From Amoebophrya sp. A120 (lineage: Eukaryota; Protista; Dinoflagellata): a DNA stretch of 64,000 bases. The notes under the pieces were generated by a model. It saw only the letters and a list, made by a program, of their open reading frames with translations. It made no database searches and had not been told where the DNA came from. Shown here in pieces: positions 44,901 through 57,400 of the stretch (position 1 is its first letter; the number at the start of each line of letters is the position of its first letter). The DNA is taken from assembly GCA_905178155.1 (NCBI GenBank), contig CAJINV010000006.1:2768658-2832657 (forward strand), read 5' to 3'. Position numbers and translations under genes: made by a program.

Positions 44901-47900
44901 TTGGATCTGGAAACTACCTGTAATGCTGAATGGCCATGAGTGAGTTTGCCTGTAAGAGCAGTGTAGCATGGCAAATTTTTCAGACGCTTTTTCATGCTTA
45001 GCGCGCATTACAAACTGCGATTTTTCGTGACGAAACTGCGGCGCAGCTTTTAGTGCTTTTATGCAATACATATTTTTCTGAAATCCTGCGCACGCAATAC
45101 AAGTGCCACTTTCCCACACCCAGACGTATTTGCAATGCATACTTCGATGAGAACGCGGTTGGGGTCTCCGTCGGCGCGGAACAGATCATGATGACCCCGA
45201 ACGACGACTATGCAAGAAAAAAAGTGTGTAAGTGTAACTCTGTCATGCAGAACATGCAACAGAGTCACACCTGTCATGCCAGACAAGCATGAAGTCCTCT
45301 TTTTACTTGTGTTTTCCCTTACAAACCACGCATGACAGTTTTTCTTTGTCATGTCGAGCAAATTTGTCATGCTGTCAGCCAAAGAAACTTACACTTACAC
45401 ACTTTTTTTCTTGGATAACGACTCGCCGGACGATAGTATTGCGCTGATGCGGAAAAAGCAAAACTTGCAACTGTTCAAAGAGCAACAGAGCCCGAAGCCG
45501 AGCACGCTGAGCCAGATAAGCAGTCTATCCTGAGCAAAAATGTCCCCACCCCATAGTTAAGTTGGGATCTCTGCAACACAGATCCAGGAGCTTTGGACGC
45601 CACGCATGACAAGTTGCAGCCCGTAGTGTAGTGCAGCTTAGCAAGGGCAGCCGCATTACAAATCGAGATACGTATCCTGTTTACAGCATTACAAATTCCA
45701 AAGCACGACTGGAAATGCCCATCATAGGGATGCGCATCACAAATGTTCTTGTCATTGCAAATCTGCATGACAACTCTGGGGTGGGGATGTTTTTACATAG
45801 GATCCAGGCACTTCCGAGGGGAAAACTCGCCGCTGAAAAATTGCTCAACACCGCTGAATATCAAATGTAAAAATGTCTGGGTCTGGAAACTTGTGATGCT
45901 GAATTGCGCATGATTGAAGCGCTTCCAATGGCAGCCAAGCATGACAAGTTTTTGAGAGGTCAGCTGATGCCTAGCGCGCATTACAAATTGCGTTTTCGCA
46001 TGACAAAGAAAGCCTCTGTTTTGCTGGTCATGCAACACAGATTTTCCAGGAATGCATGACACGCATTACAAGTTCCAATTTTCCAGACCCAGACATTTTT
46101 GCATTTGATACTCAACAAGAACTCACCTCTGAAAAACAGCAAGCCCGGAACGCCAGTTGGACTAGGAGGTCAACATCTACTGATGTTGAAAAATAACAAC
46201 TCGTCCCGTAATAAAAATCGAGGAGCTGCTCCTGCTACGCCTTCATCAGCTTCTGCAAGAACCAGAACTGGTACACGAAGAAGGAGCTGCGGATCGGCCA
46301 GTTTGAATATAACACCGTTGTGGCGGAGGGAAAACCAGTCTTTACCCAAAGCGGCTTTTTATTTCATTGTTGGAAAAAGGATTCCGTTTTTCTCCACCCG
46401 ACAGTGCTTCGACTTCTGTTGCCTCGACTTGCTCGCGTTGGTGCCCGGATTGGTGGTTTGCCTGTCTTACTTGGTCACCTCGGGGGAATGGGAGACAATT
46501 TTCGGTAGTAAGCATCAAGCGGAGCCGGGGACGTCGTCCACGTCGAGCTCGAACAACATAGGTTTCCCTTCAGCCTCCACCACAGCAATGTTGAAAACTC
46601 CGTCTTCCATCCTTTTAGAAGCGCTTTCCCAGAACTTGATGGGTTTCTTCGTTTGCGTACATTTACAGAAAATCGCCAGGATACCGTCTTTGAAGCTCGG
46701 CGTGCAATTCCTCACCATCATGTTCTTTTTCGACATCTTCTGGGTGTTCGGCTCGAGTTCCCTTTTCAACGGCAAATCTGTGATGCTGGAGGTCGCTACC
46801 GGCGGAAACAGCGATGGGGAGGATACTATCAAATGCAAATATGTCTGGGGCTGGAAGAATGGAAGTTTGTCATGCTTGTCTGACATCACTCTCAAGTCTG
46901 TCATGCCAATTACCCAAAGGCCCTACTTTTCTGTCATGCAGAAGCTCGTCACTTTCACTTTGTCATGCAGAAAAGCCAAGACTGTAGCACCTCCAAAACT
47001 TGTCATGCTTGCCAGTCAATTGAGGCGTCCTCGTCTTTCTCAACCAGCATCACAAGTTTCCAGACCCAGACACTTTTGCAGTTGATAGATACCACCGCGA
47101 AACCCTTACCCATGCTCATGCACATGCCAAACTTGCTGAGTGTCTGCTTCTATGCATTGCAAATATGTCTGGGTCTGGAAGAATGCCAGACCTGTCATGC
47201 AGGATATCCATGACCCATGAGGTCCGGTATGTAGAACCTAGCATGACAGATTCTGTGAGATCTTTCTGATGCCCATACTACATGAGAAAGCTCCTGCTCT
47301 CAAGTTGGCAACACAGTTTTTTTCCTGATTTCAGATCTAGCATGACAAGTTGCAATCTTCCAGCAGACCGAGACATATTTGCAATGCATAGTTTCGCGCT
47401 TTTTTGGAACGGGAACCGGTTTGCCGTTGCGGAGGAAGAAATCCCGATGATATTGAGGAACAATCCAGGCTTTCACGAACAGTTACAAACCGATGCGAAG
47501 CTGGTTTTCGGAGAAAACTTCGATCTGACAGAGTACGTGGTGTCGCAAACGACACAGTCTTCGTCGTTACACCGGGGCCACATGCTGGGGCTCGGCGACA
47601 TCGCTTTACCGGGGTTTCTGTTGAGCTTTTGCCTCGCGGTAGATCTGAAAGCAAGGATTTTGGCGAAGGAAAAGCGAGCGTTCGAACTGCACAGTACTAC
47701 GCAAGATGGTGGATTGGGCCTCAAGATGACAGCTGCTCTGGCGGATAGGAGAAATGGCACTACTAGCGACGAGCTCGTACAATTACACCTACAGCAACAT
47801 CAGCAGGAACCGGAACTAAAAGTTCTAGAAAACAACAAGTCCCCTAATCTGTTCTTTCCGACCCTATTCTGCTACTTCCTCGGGCTCTGCTGCGCAAATT

Positions 47901-48577
47901 TCGCGGTGGCTTTCTTCGAATTTGGGCAGCCGGCATTGCTGTACTTGGTGCCCGCGGTCGTGGGGGCGAGCGTTTACCAGCTGTGGAATAAAGTGGGGGG
48001 AGGAGAGCGACAACGACGAGGTCAAGGACAAGTACTACAAGCTGTAATGCAAGACACGGAACGCCAGGATCAGGAATTGTCGTTCAAATCCGTTTGGGAA
48101 GGTTCTCTGCTGCAGCCGGAAGAGGAGGAAGACGAGGAAGAAATTGATGCAGAAGTAGAAACCAAAGAACAAAACTCCATCTCTGTAGACGACGACAGCC
48201 AAACCCATAGCCGTGAGTATAGTCAGGAGGGCGACCAAGGCGGCCAGCAATTTCGCAGTTACGCGGCGACACCGGGAGGGACTTCTACTACGACGCGCGT
48301 CATCGGGAACACTATTAAAGGGTCTCCACCGCCCACTCCTTCCGCCCGATCGCCAAAGCGGAAGAACAAATCGATAAAGAAGCGGAAAAATGCGGCATAT
48401 CCGCAACAGAAACAGCAAAACTACCTCCGCATCAGTCCGGAGAAGGTGAACGACGGATTTTTGAAAGAAGAATTTCAGTCGCAGGTTGATCTGTACCCAG
48501 CGGCCGCGGAGGAGAACGAGCTACATGCCTTACCTCAGAGCAGACTGAAGGATGAGCAGCCTGCTGTGTGTTTGTGA
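41942..48577 (+). CDS. Signal peptide peptidase-like GxGD intramembrane aspartyl protease (A22B), 9 introners
   Basis: FFDIFWVFGS...SVMLEVA, PLPML, MLGLGDIALPG and GQPALLYLVP motifs with multiple TM segments. Confidence 0.9.
43799..44062. mobile_element. Introner family A
   Basis: DR TCAGC. Confidence 0.92.
44156..44370. mobile_element. Introner family G
   Basis: DR GATCG. Confidence 0.9.
44568..44829. mobile_element. Introner family A with extended 14-bp flank duplication
   Basis: CACCCCATCCGCGT at 44554-44567 and 44821-44834. Confidence 0.82.
44883..45141. mobile_element. Introner family A
   Basis: DR CTTCG. Confidence 0.9.
45209..45417. mobile_element. Introner family G
   Basis: DR ACGAC. 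Confidence 0.9.
45526..45804. mobile_element. Introner family C (ends ATC)
   Basis: DR CAGTC/CAGGC. Confidence 0.85.
45859..46110. mobile_element. Introner family A (reverse orientation of the 25563 type)
   Basis: DR CTGAA/CTCAA. Confidence 0.9.
46827..47087. mobile_element. Introner family A
   Basis: DR GATAC. Confidence 0.9.
47151..47390. mobile_element. Introner family A
   Basis: DR GCTTC/GTTTC. Confidence 0.9.
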
Positions 48578-49230
48578 GCTGGAACTTCTAGTAGTACTTC
48601 CACTGGTCGTAATAAAGTATCCGTTTGGAGAAACGTATAATGAAACTCAGTTTCTGTCACTGGCGATCTCGCGGCACATGTTGCGACGTGATGTTGATGA
48701 CTATGACAATTTCATCTAAAAGCCTAGTGCTGCGGGACCATGTGCTGTGTGTGTGTGTGATAGCTGCAAATTATCGATGAAAATGAAGGAAAGAAGTAAA
48801 AGGCAACCACCTGGACTTTCTTTTACTGCTGTGTTCCACCGAATGAAGCATTATCCACGATGCCAGTGTAGTCGATCTTGTCTCCACCAGCACTGCTGTT
48901 CGAAAGCTGGGCAGTTGCTTTCATTCTGCTTTTCGCTTGTTGCCCGATTTTCACCCGCAGCGACGCATCTCATGAAAACGAAGACCATGAGAAGTATTTT
49001 TAAAAGAAGGAATCTACTCTAATTCTATCTGTACCGCTTGAGAAGTGGTTCGCGTTTTCTGTCAAGGATCGAAATTCTTCAACATCATGACTTCCCCCAC
49101 AGAGCTGTCCTTTAGCAATATTACTTCTTTTTGAAGAGCAGACTACTCAAAGGAATAAATCTTCACCGGAGCTGTTGTACAACACAGATTTCTACTCGAA
49201 GCAAAAAGAAGCTTCGCCAGGCAAGAAATC

Positions 49231-52045
49231 ATGGTAACGCACGACAATTCGTCGGACAAGCACGCCAAATGGCGCCAACGCTACATGGAGTCCAATTCCT
49301 CGGAGCACACCCGTATCAAGTGCAAATATGTCTGGCTCTGGAAACTTGTGATGCATGTCACTGAATAACAACCACACTGTAATGCACCGCCAAGCATGAC
49401 AGATTTCCCTGTGACTCTGTGTTGCGTATTCCGCATGAGAAACATCGTTTTTGCATAACAGACAAGAGGAGGTGTTCGTGGCCACGCAATACAGAGTTCA
49501 GAGTCATGCCAAACTAGCATGAGAAGTATCGCAATTTTCCAGACCCAGACATATTTGCAATGCATAACCCGGTCGCAGTTGCGAAACGAACTTTTCCAAG
49601 AAGTCGCGAACAATAGGAAGCAGATGCTACAGCAAGCTAGGGAACGGGCGCGGGGTGGTGGAGGTGGAGCAGCCGCAGCTGCTACAACGACTCTCGGTGG
49701 ATCATTTATTTCCACCAAGGCACCGGCGTTCGGTGCAGCTGCAGGTGCGTCACCAGCTGCTCCACCCGGCTTCGGAACATCAAACATCGGCAGCGTTTCA
49801 AACGGAAACGATCCAGATCCACCTTTCAGCGGGGGCAGTAGTAGTTTCAGCACGCATAACGCTTTCGCTGGCGCGACTGCGAGCGGAATGACGTTTGCAC
49901 CGTTCGGAAGTGCTGGCACTTTTGCTCCTGCTGCAACCACGGGCGCAGCTGCTGCACCAGTAGGCGCAGCTTTCAACACTTTTACCGCAAAAAATCATCA
50001 AAGCAACACACAGCACCAGCAATCGGTAGAAGTTTTCGCACTCCACCCGAGCCCGCCTCCCCCATCGACCTCTACTTTCCAGTTAAAGCAAGATTTTCAG
50101 AAAGAGGTTCAAACGCTGTGCCCGGGCTACATTTGGACCCCCGCGGACGAGAAGCATTTTTTGGAAAGTGTTTTACCAGATCTCGAGCACGCGATCGAGG
50201 AGGACGAGTGTTGGAAGCTGGAAGAGCAACAAGAATTACGCCGGAATCACGAAGAGTTTCTGATCAAAGAGCACGAGAGGGAGCAGGAGCTACTGTATAT
50301 TCAGGATCAGCTAGCCGCGGAGGAGATGGAACTTCTAGAACAGGCGGACTCATTATCAACTGCAAATATGTCTGGGTCTGGAAGAGTGCGAGATTTGTCT
50401 TGCTCGGCTAGCAAGACTCTCACGTCTGTCATGCACGTTACCCAAAAGCCCCATTTTTCTGTGATGCAGAAACGCAGTTGTCATGCAGAATAGAAGGCAA
50501 CACCTAGAAGCTCAGACGAAACTTGTCATGTTGAGCCATCACTTCTGGCCATTTCATGCTACGCAACTCAGCATTACAAGTTCCCAGACCCAGACATATT
50601 TGCAATGCATACTCATGGGTAGGGGACGATGATGAAATAACCGGCGAAGATGATGCAGAAGAGCAGGAATTCATCCCCTATCAAACAAAAAAAGTTCGTC
50701 ACGAACACTCATCCGCATTTTTGCAATGCAAAATTTTCTGTCATGCGTAAAAATGCATCACAGCCAAACTTCATAAGGGATGTCCCTAGTGTTTCTGCAA
50801 TACAAAGAAAAGCTGTGATGCTGAAAAAATTTGTAATGCAAAACCTGCAAGGTAGTGACTGCGACAAACTTTTTTCTCTCCATATTCCCTGCCCGGTTTG
50901 CAACGTCGGAAACATGGTGATCCGTACTGGGAGTTGTGCGCCGAGCTTGAATATCAAATGTACAAATGTCTGGGTCTGGAAGGATCCGAACTTGTGATGC
51001 GCATTTTCGAACACAGAAAAATCTCTCATGCATAGGTAAGTAGCAAAAGCTGCCCCCTTTCTGTCACCAAAATGTGGGATTTCTCATGCGGGTTCGGCAT
51101 TGCGGAAGCTTCTCGAAACCTGTGATGCTAGAGCTTCCATGCCAGACCTTCTGTGTCATGCAAAAACAGCATGAATCTTCCAGACCCAGACACTTTTACA
51201 TTTGATATTGAATTTAGAGTTCAAAGCGGTCACGCCACTGGAAGGAGAAATTATGACGAGCAAGAATAAAGAGGGTAGTTCCTGTATGGATGTGTCAGAG
51301 TTGAAATCGACAAAGTTGAAATAACTTGTAATGCATAAAATCGATACCAGTTGCAAGGCCAATTTCCAAGCAGCGCATGACAAATTTGAGTAGAGCCGAA
51401 ATCCAGTTTGTAATGCTGTTTGGGTAAGGAAGACGCCTTGTGTCATGCTACTTTATCAGCTCTATTTCTACCCCTAAACAGGCTTGCAATCTGCCTCCCT
51501 TGCCTACTCTGCAAGACAGGCATTCTCTGCTTTGCGTTTTATGCATGACAAATCATTTCAACTTTGTCGATTTCAAACCTGACACTTCCATATCCTGGTG
51601 GCTGCATTGTGCGGAGAAGAAGAACAGAAGGAATAGAGCACAAAACCTAGTACCAAATGCCGCTGTATTAACCCTTTCTGTTCCGGAAGTAGATGAGAGC
51701 AGCGCGGCCACACCTTGCAGCTTACGAACGCACGGGATGTGCATTGACCATTTGGCAAATCTGGTTGGCGGAGGTGGAAGCAATGCAACTGGCACACTTG
51801 AAGAAGAACCGTCGAAAAAAACACAACTGCGTGAACTGATTCGGGACCAACTGCAGGACGCGATTTTGCAGCACAGGAGGTACTGCGCAAACAACTACGG
51901 TGGAATCACTTCGAACGGTGCTAAAGCTGACTCTTCTGGTGCTTCGTTCCAATACGAGCCCGCCAACCAGCCACCAATGTTTGCACCCATGGCACAATTG
52001 TATCGCTGCGATCCTGCGATTGGATACAAACAGCTGGTGTTTTGA
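49231..52045 (+). CDS. RPAIN: RPA-interacting protein-like, 5 introners
   Basis: Basic N-terminal helix (RSQLRNELFQEVANNRKQML), acidic middle, IPCPVC, QLQDAILQHRRYC and C-terminal LYRCD...QLVF fit the RPAIN domain layout. Confidence 0.6.
49314..49566. mobile_element. Introner family A
   Basis: DR ACCCG. Confidence 0.9.
50354..50611. mobile_element. Introner family A
   Basis: DR CTCAT. Confidence 0.9.
50679..50884. mobile_element. Introner, G-like
   Basis: DR TCCCC/TTCCC, restores IPCPVC. Confidence 0.85.
50952..51207. mobile_element. Introner family A
   Basis: DR TTGAA. Confidence 0.9.
51285..51592. mobile_element. Introner family I (reverse orientation of 56637)
   Basis: DR TCCTG. Confidence 0.9.
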
Positions 52046-52600
52046 ATAGAATACATGTACGCGAGCGACAAAGATTGAAACTAGATTTGGAAAAAGTATA
52101 CATAACTGGACAAGCGACATCAAATTGGTAATCTACTCCTCTGCAAGTGAGAGCTGTTTCGCGAGTAGGACCGTTTACCGTACCAACTCTGAGATGGTGC
52201 TGTTGTGTTCGAATTTAGTTAACAAAATGCGATCAACATGTGAAGAACGAAGAGGAAGGTGTTTTTGAAGCACACTGGAGGGTGTGGTGAATTATGTTCT
52301 GCCGAGCGATATTTTTTTTTCCCGAGAAGTCTCGGACTTTCTCTTTCATTCATGAATTGTACCCGAAGATGAACCTGCTTCCAGTGCCTACTCGACAGAT
52401 GAATCTGTTCTACCTATCAAAAGGATTTATACTGGGAGCCGATATGCCTTCCGGGTTGTAACTTGTTTGTCTAGCGGCTATAGTGTCATAAAGTCAAGAG
52501 TGTAGATACTAGAGCTTTCGCTTTATTACGACCATCAGACTTTACTCGTATCTCTTTTTCGTCTATCTTCTCCCCAATAAGTTGTGAAGTAGTTTCCACT

Positions 52601-53801
52601 ATGGAGCCCCCAATTAGTACAACAACAGCTCCAACATCCTCTGATACCGCTATTTTTTCCTCCACAGCCTCTTACCTTTTTTCCAGTAACCCCTCTGCCC
52701 TGCACATCGGGCTCTCAGTCTTCGTGGCTACCTTGGTCCTCTGGATCCTAGTCTCATTCAATATGGGAAACTCCAGTGTTGCCGACTTGATAAAAAAGGA
52801 CGGTGGAAGTCCGAGTAAACAGGAACCCCAGCCTGAGCAAAGTGGCGAACAGGAAAGGCCACCGAAAAAGCAGTTTCCAGTGCCGGAAGAGGGGTCCAGG
52901 GATCCGAATTACGAATGGACCTTTCAGACGTTAAGGGACTACGACGGGGACAAGAACCGCATGTACATAGGGGTCTGCGGACTGGTGTTTGACGTACAAG
53001 AGAGCGACAACTTTAGGCCGGATTTTGGTACTCAATCTACATATCCCGTCAGTAGTGCTGCCAGTTTGGGGTAATTTTGCATGAAGTTTATATGTTGTCA
53101 TTCCTGTTTTACTCGTAGGCCCACACTTCACTCCACGACATAATCCTGAGTTGGGAATCGATCGAGATCACCTCAATGTAGCTTGAAATCAATTCTGTCA
53201 AGAACACGATTTCCAAAAATCAGGTTACGGCAAGCTTTGGGGCGGAAGGGACGCGACGTACTCACTGGCAATGTTGAGTTTAAAACCGGACGACGCGGCA
53301 AAACTGGACTGGAATATCCCACAGAAAAAAGCAGGCAGGGCAGATTTGTATGTAATGCAAAAATAAATATGCAGAAAAATCTGTCATGGGCAACGCCATA
53401 GCATGCTGTTTAGGACATGCAAGACAGATTGTTTTGTGTATTTATTTTTGCATTACAAATAATCATGTCTGACCTGCCTAGTGCTTTTTTCTGTGTGATA
53501 TGGAAGCTAGAGGACTTACCCGATGGGAACAAGGAGAGTATGGCTTTTTCTTCTCTTCGTATTTAGTACTAGTATACTTACACCTGCTGTATAAAAATGA
53601 ACTCTTGATGCACATGCAAGTAGAACACTCTTAGCTTGAAAACGAAAAAACCAAACTTCCTCAGGTTTAAAGTCGTGGCTGGATCACTTCAAGAAGAAGT
53701 ACACAATAGTCGGGAAGCTCGCAGAATACGACGGCTGGGACTTTTCACCCCTGGATGCCTTCGCAAAAGCACCGGCGGAAGATGCTGCTGCGGCTTCGTG
53801 A
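52601..53801 (+). CDS. Cytochrome b5-like heme/steroid-binding (MAPR) membrane protein, 2 GT-AG introns + 1 introner
   Basis: N-terminal TM segment, LRDYDG, MYIGVCGLVFDV, GYGKLWGGRDATYSLA, SLKSWLDHFKKKYTIVGKL. TGA 53799-53801. Confidence 0.9.
53028..53223 (+). other. Canonical GT-AG intron
   Basis: Restores DFGYGKLW. Confidence 0.9.
53315..53500. mobile_element. Introner family J (TIR TATCMCACAGAAAAAAGCA)
   Basis: DR TGGAA. Confidence 0.9.
53538..53664 (+). other. Canonical GT-AG intron
   Basis: Restores KESLKSW. Confidence 0.9.
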
Positions 53802-54473
53802 AAGGACGAGGATTTTTTTGCGACGATGCTCGTCGGAAAGGACAACAACAGCAACAACTCCACTCGCTTTATTGCAAAACGACAATCGCGCTATTGAAAA
53901 ACTGGATTATGATCCACATAGTCGCTAGACCACACTGTTGCAGCGTCATGGTGTCAAACATGTAAAGAAATTTTTCAAAAGCCCAAAAACACTTCACGCA
54001 TGATTCTCTTTCTAACTATGTGGAATCGACGCGACCGGGACGGCGTTCGAAGAGTGTTCTCAGGCGGAAAGCTACATCACGAGTGTCAAGAACAACCGGA
54101 CATCAATTATGGCTCCGCTGCAGAAGGGCAGTGATTTATTGTCAAGAGTGCTGAAGAGAATCTACCTTGTGCCGTTTCCTACTAGTGGCGAAGCGGAGCT
54201 TCCCTTTGTCGTGCTTGCGTTGAGAGGTTGTACAGCCATTCATTGTGAATGTGAAGGCACAGATCAAGTCATTGTACTACTCCGTCTCCTGATGAAGATC
54301 AGCTCTTCGACAACGAGAATTAGTGTTTCATTTTAAGCGGGAGAAAAAGTCCTATATGCGCCAAGCTGAACAGAACTGCATATCCAACAACTTTTGAGAG
54401 AAGCAATCAAGTTGTTCATAAAAAATGGATCTAGCTACACGACACCATCGCTGCCGACGGATAATATCATCTC

Positions 54474-57400
54474 ATGCGGCAATATCTGCCGCAGCGCTCG
54501 CTGCTTGGATTTGACAGCAAGGCTGCTTCGCCAACTAGCACGTCTACCGGTGGTCCGCAAGCGAAACCGCAGAACCGCATCTCTTCCTCAAGTGTAGTTC
54601 ATCTCACCACAAGTCAGACTAGCCGACATATGGAACGAAAAAACTGTGTTAGTGCAGGTGTCTTGGGGTGACAGCATGACAAATTTGTGCTGCATGACAA
54701 AGAAATCCTGTCATGCACATACTAGTACGGGAAAACATCTATGAAATAGGACTTCATGGCTGGCTAGCATGACAAGTGGAACTGTGTTGCATGCTTTGCA
54801 TGACAGACTTACACCTACACAGTTTTTCTCTTGCATACGACAGAGCTCCGCTTCCATCCCTGTAGAGCTGCTACGGGACGGGATTTTATTGTCAAAAACT
54901 TTCCGGAGCTGGGCACGCTTGCGGTTGCTGAGTAGACACCACGAACAGGAGAAGCACGACGATCTTTCTGGACTACTAGGACTGTTGTCTTCAGAAGAAG
55001 ACGAAGTTCAACATCCGGTAGAAGGAAAAAATCTCGACGAGGCATCAAATAGAGCGATGGCCGCAGCTGCCAACGGAATTATAGGCGGCACAGTTGGCGT
55101 CCCCGCAGTAGATGATGTCTCACCGGTGAGTGAGATTCTGGAGGAGAGCATGGAACAAGGAACAGAAGGCCATGTCGTCTTTCCGCCGAGGGAACAAGAA
55201 GAACATTTTACCGGAGATGTTGAACTAGGACCTGTTGTTGAGGCCACAACTACGAAGAGGACCTCCCAAGAGAACAACAAGACCTCACTAACATCAGAGG
55301 AACCAACGCAACAAGAATCTTCTTGGATCCAGGCCAAGCCCAGTTTCAGCAGTACGAGAGGGATTGTCCCGCAGTTGTTATCTGGCCAGGTGGCAGGACG
55401 AGCTCAGCAAGCGCAGGGGGCGAGTAAAAATGGATTGCAGCATGATGGGGGAACTTCTCAGCTTCGTGGTGGTGCAGACTCGTCGTCTCCCGGGGACACC
55501 ATCTCTTCTTCCGCGACGCCCACGCAAACCGTGAACATTCTGCCAGATCATGGGGGTAACGACGGGACACAACTACCATCTGCAGTAGTAGGAACTGGAA
55601 CAGCTACACAAAGTATCCTTCCACCTAGTGGCACAAACACAGCTGGGCAAGCAGCAACAGTCGCTGAAAACCCAGAGGACCCTTTGAAAAATGTTTCAGA
55701 AGAAGCCAAAGCAGGAGGATCTGTCTTGACCACAAGTCTCGACGCTGCTGCCCAGGTAGAAGTATCATCAGCAACTACACAGCAGGTTGCATCTGGAGGT
55801 GACTTCTACAACTTCCCTGGTGGCCGCGCTACTACTTCCACCCCAGAGCAGGCCGCAGGAGCAGGTGGAACTAGCACCGCTCCGCGCGGCGTCCTGATAC
55901 TCAATGCGGACCGGACGCCCAGTACTGCGGAGAATTTCCAGAGCAACGACGAGAACGTAGAGGGTGAACCTGTCAGGAACAGAAGAAGATCCAGCAGTGG
56001 CAGCAGGGTGGTGCATTTCAAAAACAGCCCGACGGTAATGCCGGATGTTTCGCGTGGAGGGGACCATCAAGCGGTTGGCAGCAGCGTAAACACTGGTGCA
56101 CAGCAAAGCGAAGTGAAGCAGTCGTCTGCTAGTACTTCTAGTAGTGGTGCGCCGGGCAGCACATCGAACCTCCGGCGGGAAATCGAGCAAAACGCGTATG
56201 CGCTGTTGAACAAACCGAATGGGACAAGGTCGAGCATCTCAATGACGAGCGCTGGTGCACCAGGAGGAAGTTATCAAATGCAAAAATGTCTGGGTCTGGA
56301 AGGATTCCAATTTGTGATGCGAATTCTACATCATGAGAAATTCTGTCATGCATGGCCAGCAAAAGGCCCCGTTTCTTGTTACCGGAAGAGGGGATTTGTC
56401 ACGCGCATTAGGCATTGGGAGGCCTGCTCGAAATCTGTGATGCTAGGGCTTGCATGCCAGACAATCCGGGTCAGGCAAACCTGCATGACAAATCTCGAAG
56501 TCTTCCAGACCCAGACATTTTTGCATTTGATAGAAGTAATTCTATCACCAAGCCCAAACGGAAATTCCAGGTGGAGAAGCCAACGAATAGTACAAGTGAA
56601 GAACGACAGGCCGAGATGAACACTGCAAGCGCCGGCTACGGATGTGTCAGGAGCGAAGTGGCAAAGTCGAAAAATTTGTGATGCATAAAATTTAGGGCAC
56701 TGGAGGCCTGTATTGGGGAGCAGGCAAATGAGACCTCCGATTGTAAGCCTGTTTAGGGGTATGCAATGTGCTGCCAGAGTAGCATGACAGGAGCAGTCTT
56801 CTTTGCCCAAACAGCATGACAGACTGGATTTGAGTGCTCTCGAAATTTGTCATGCGTCACTTACAAACTGAGGCTGCAACTGGTATCGATTTTATGCAAC
56901 GCAAATTTTTCTTTTTTGTCAATTTCGATTCTGACACTTCCATACCGGCTCGACTTCCAGCGCCCCTTCCACCGCCAACGCCAGCAGGAGCAGCAGTTTG
57001 GGCGGGGTTGGTGTTAGTAGAACAAAAACTGCGGGTGGTCGTAGTGGTCCAGAAGGCGAAGCTATGGGGCGAAATAATTTGCAGGTACCATCATCTTCAA
57101 GCGCGGCTTCTTCCACGCAGAAAGCGCGACCCCCTCCATCGTCGCGATCAGAAGCTGCGCAGGCTACCTTTGATTCCAGGGTGACAGAAAATTATTACGA
57201 CAAGTTTCAAGGAGAAGAAGCAGTAGAATCACAGCCACTGCACACTTTTCTCTCGGATGAATTGCGAGGTAATAACGTCGGGAGCAAATTTTCCTCGTCT
57301 CAACAGCAGCAACTTTTGCAGCACCAAGCCGCACCAGGACCGGACCTCCCGACGACCTTCATCGGGCCCAACATGCTTCCGTTGAGAATCGTCGGCGGGG

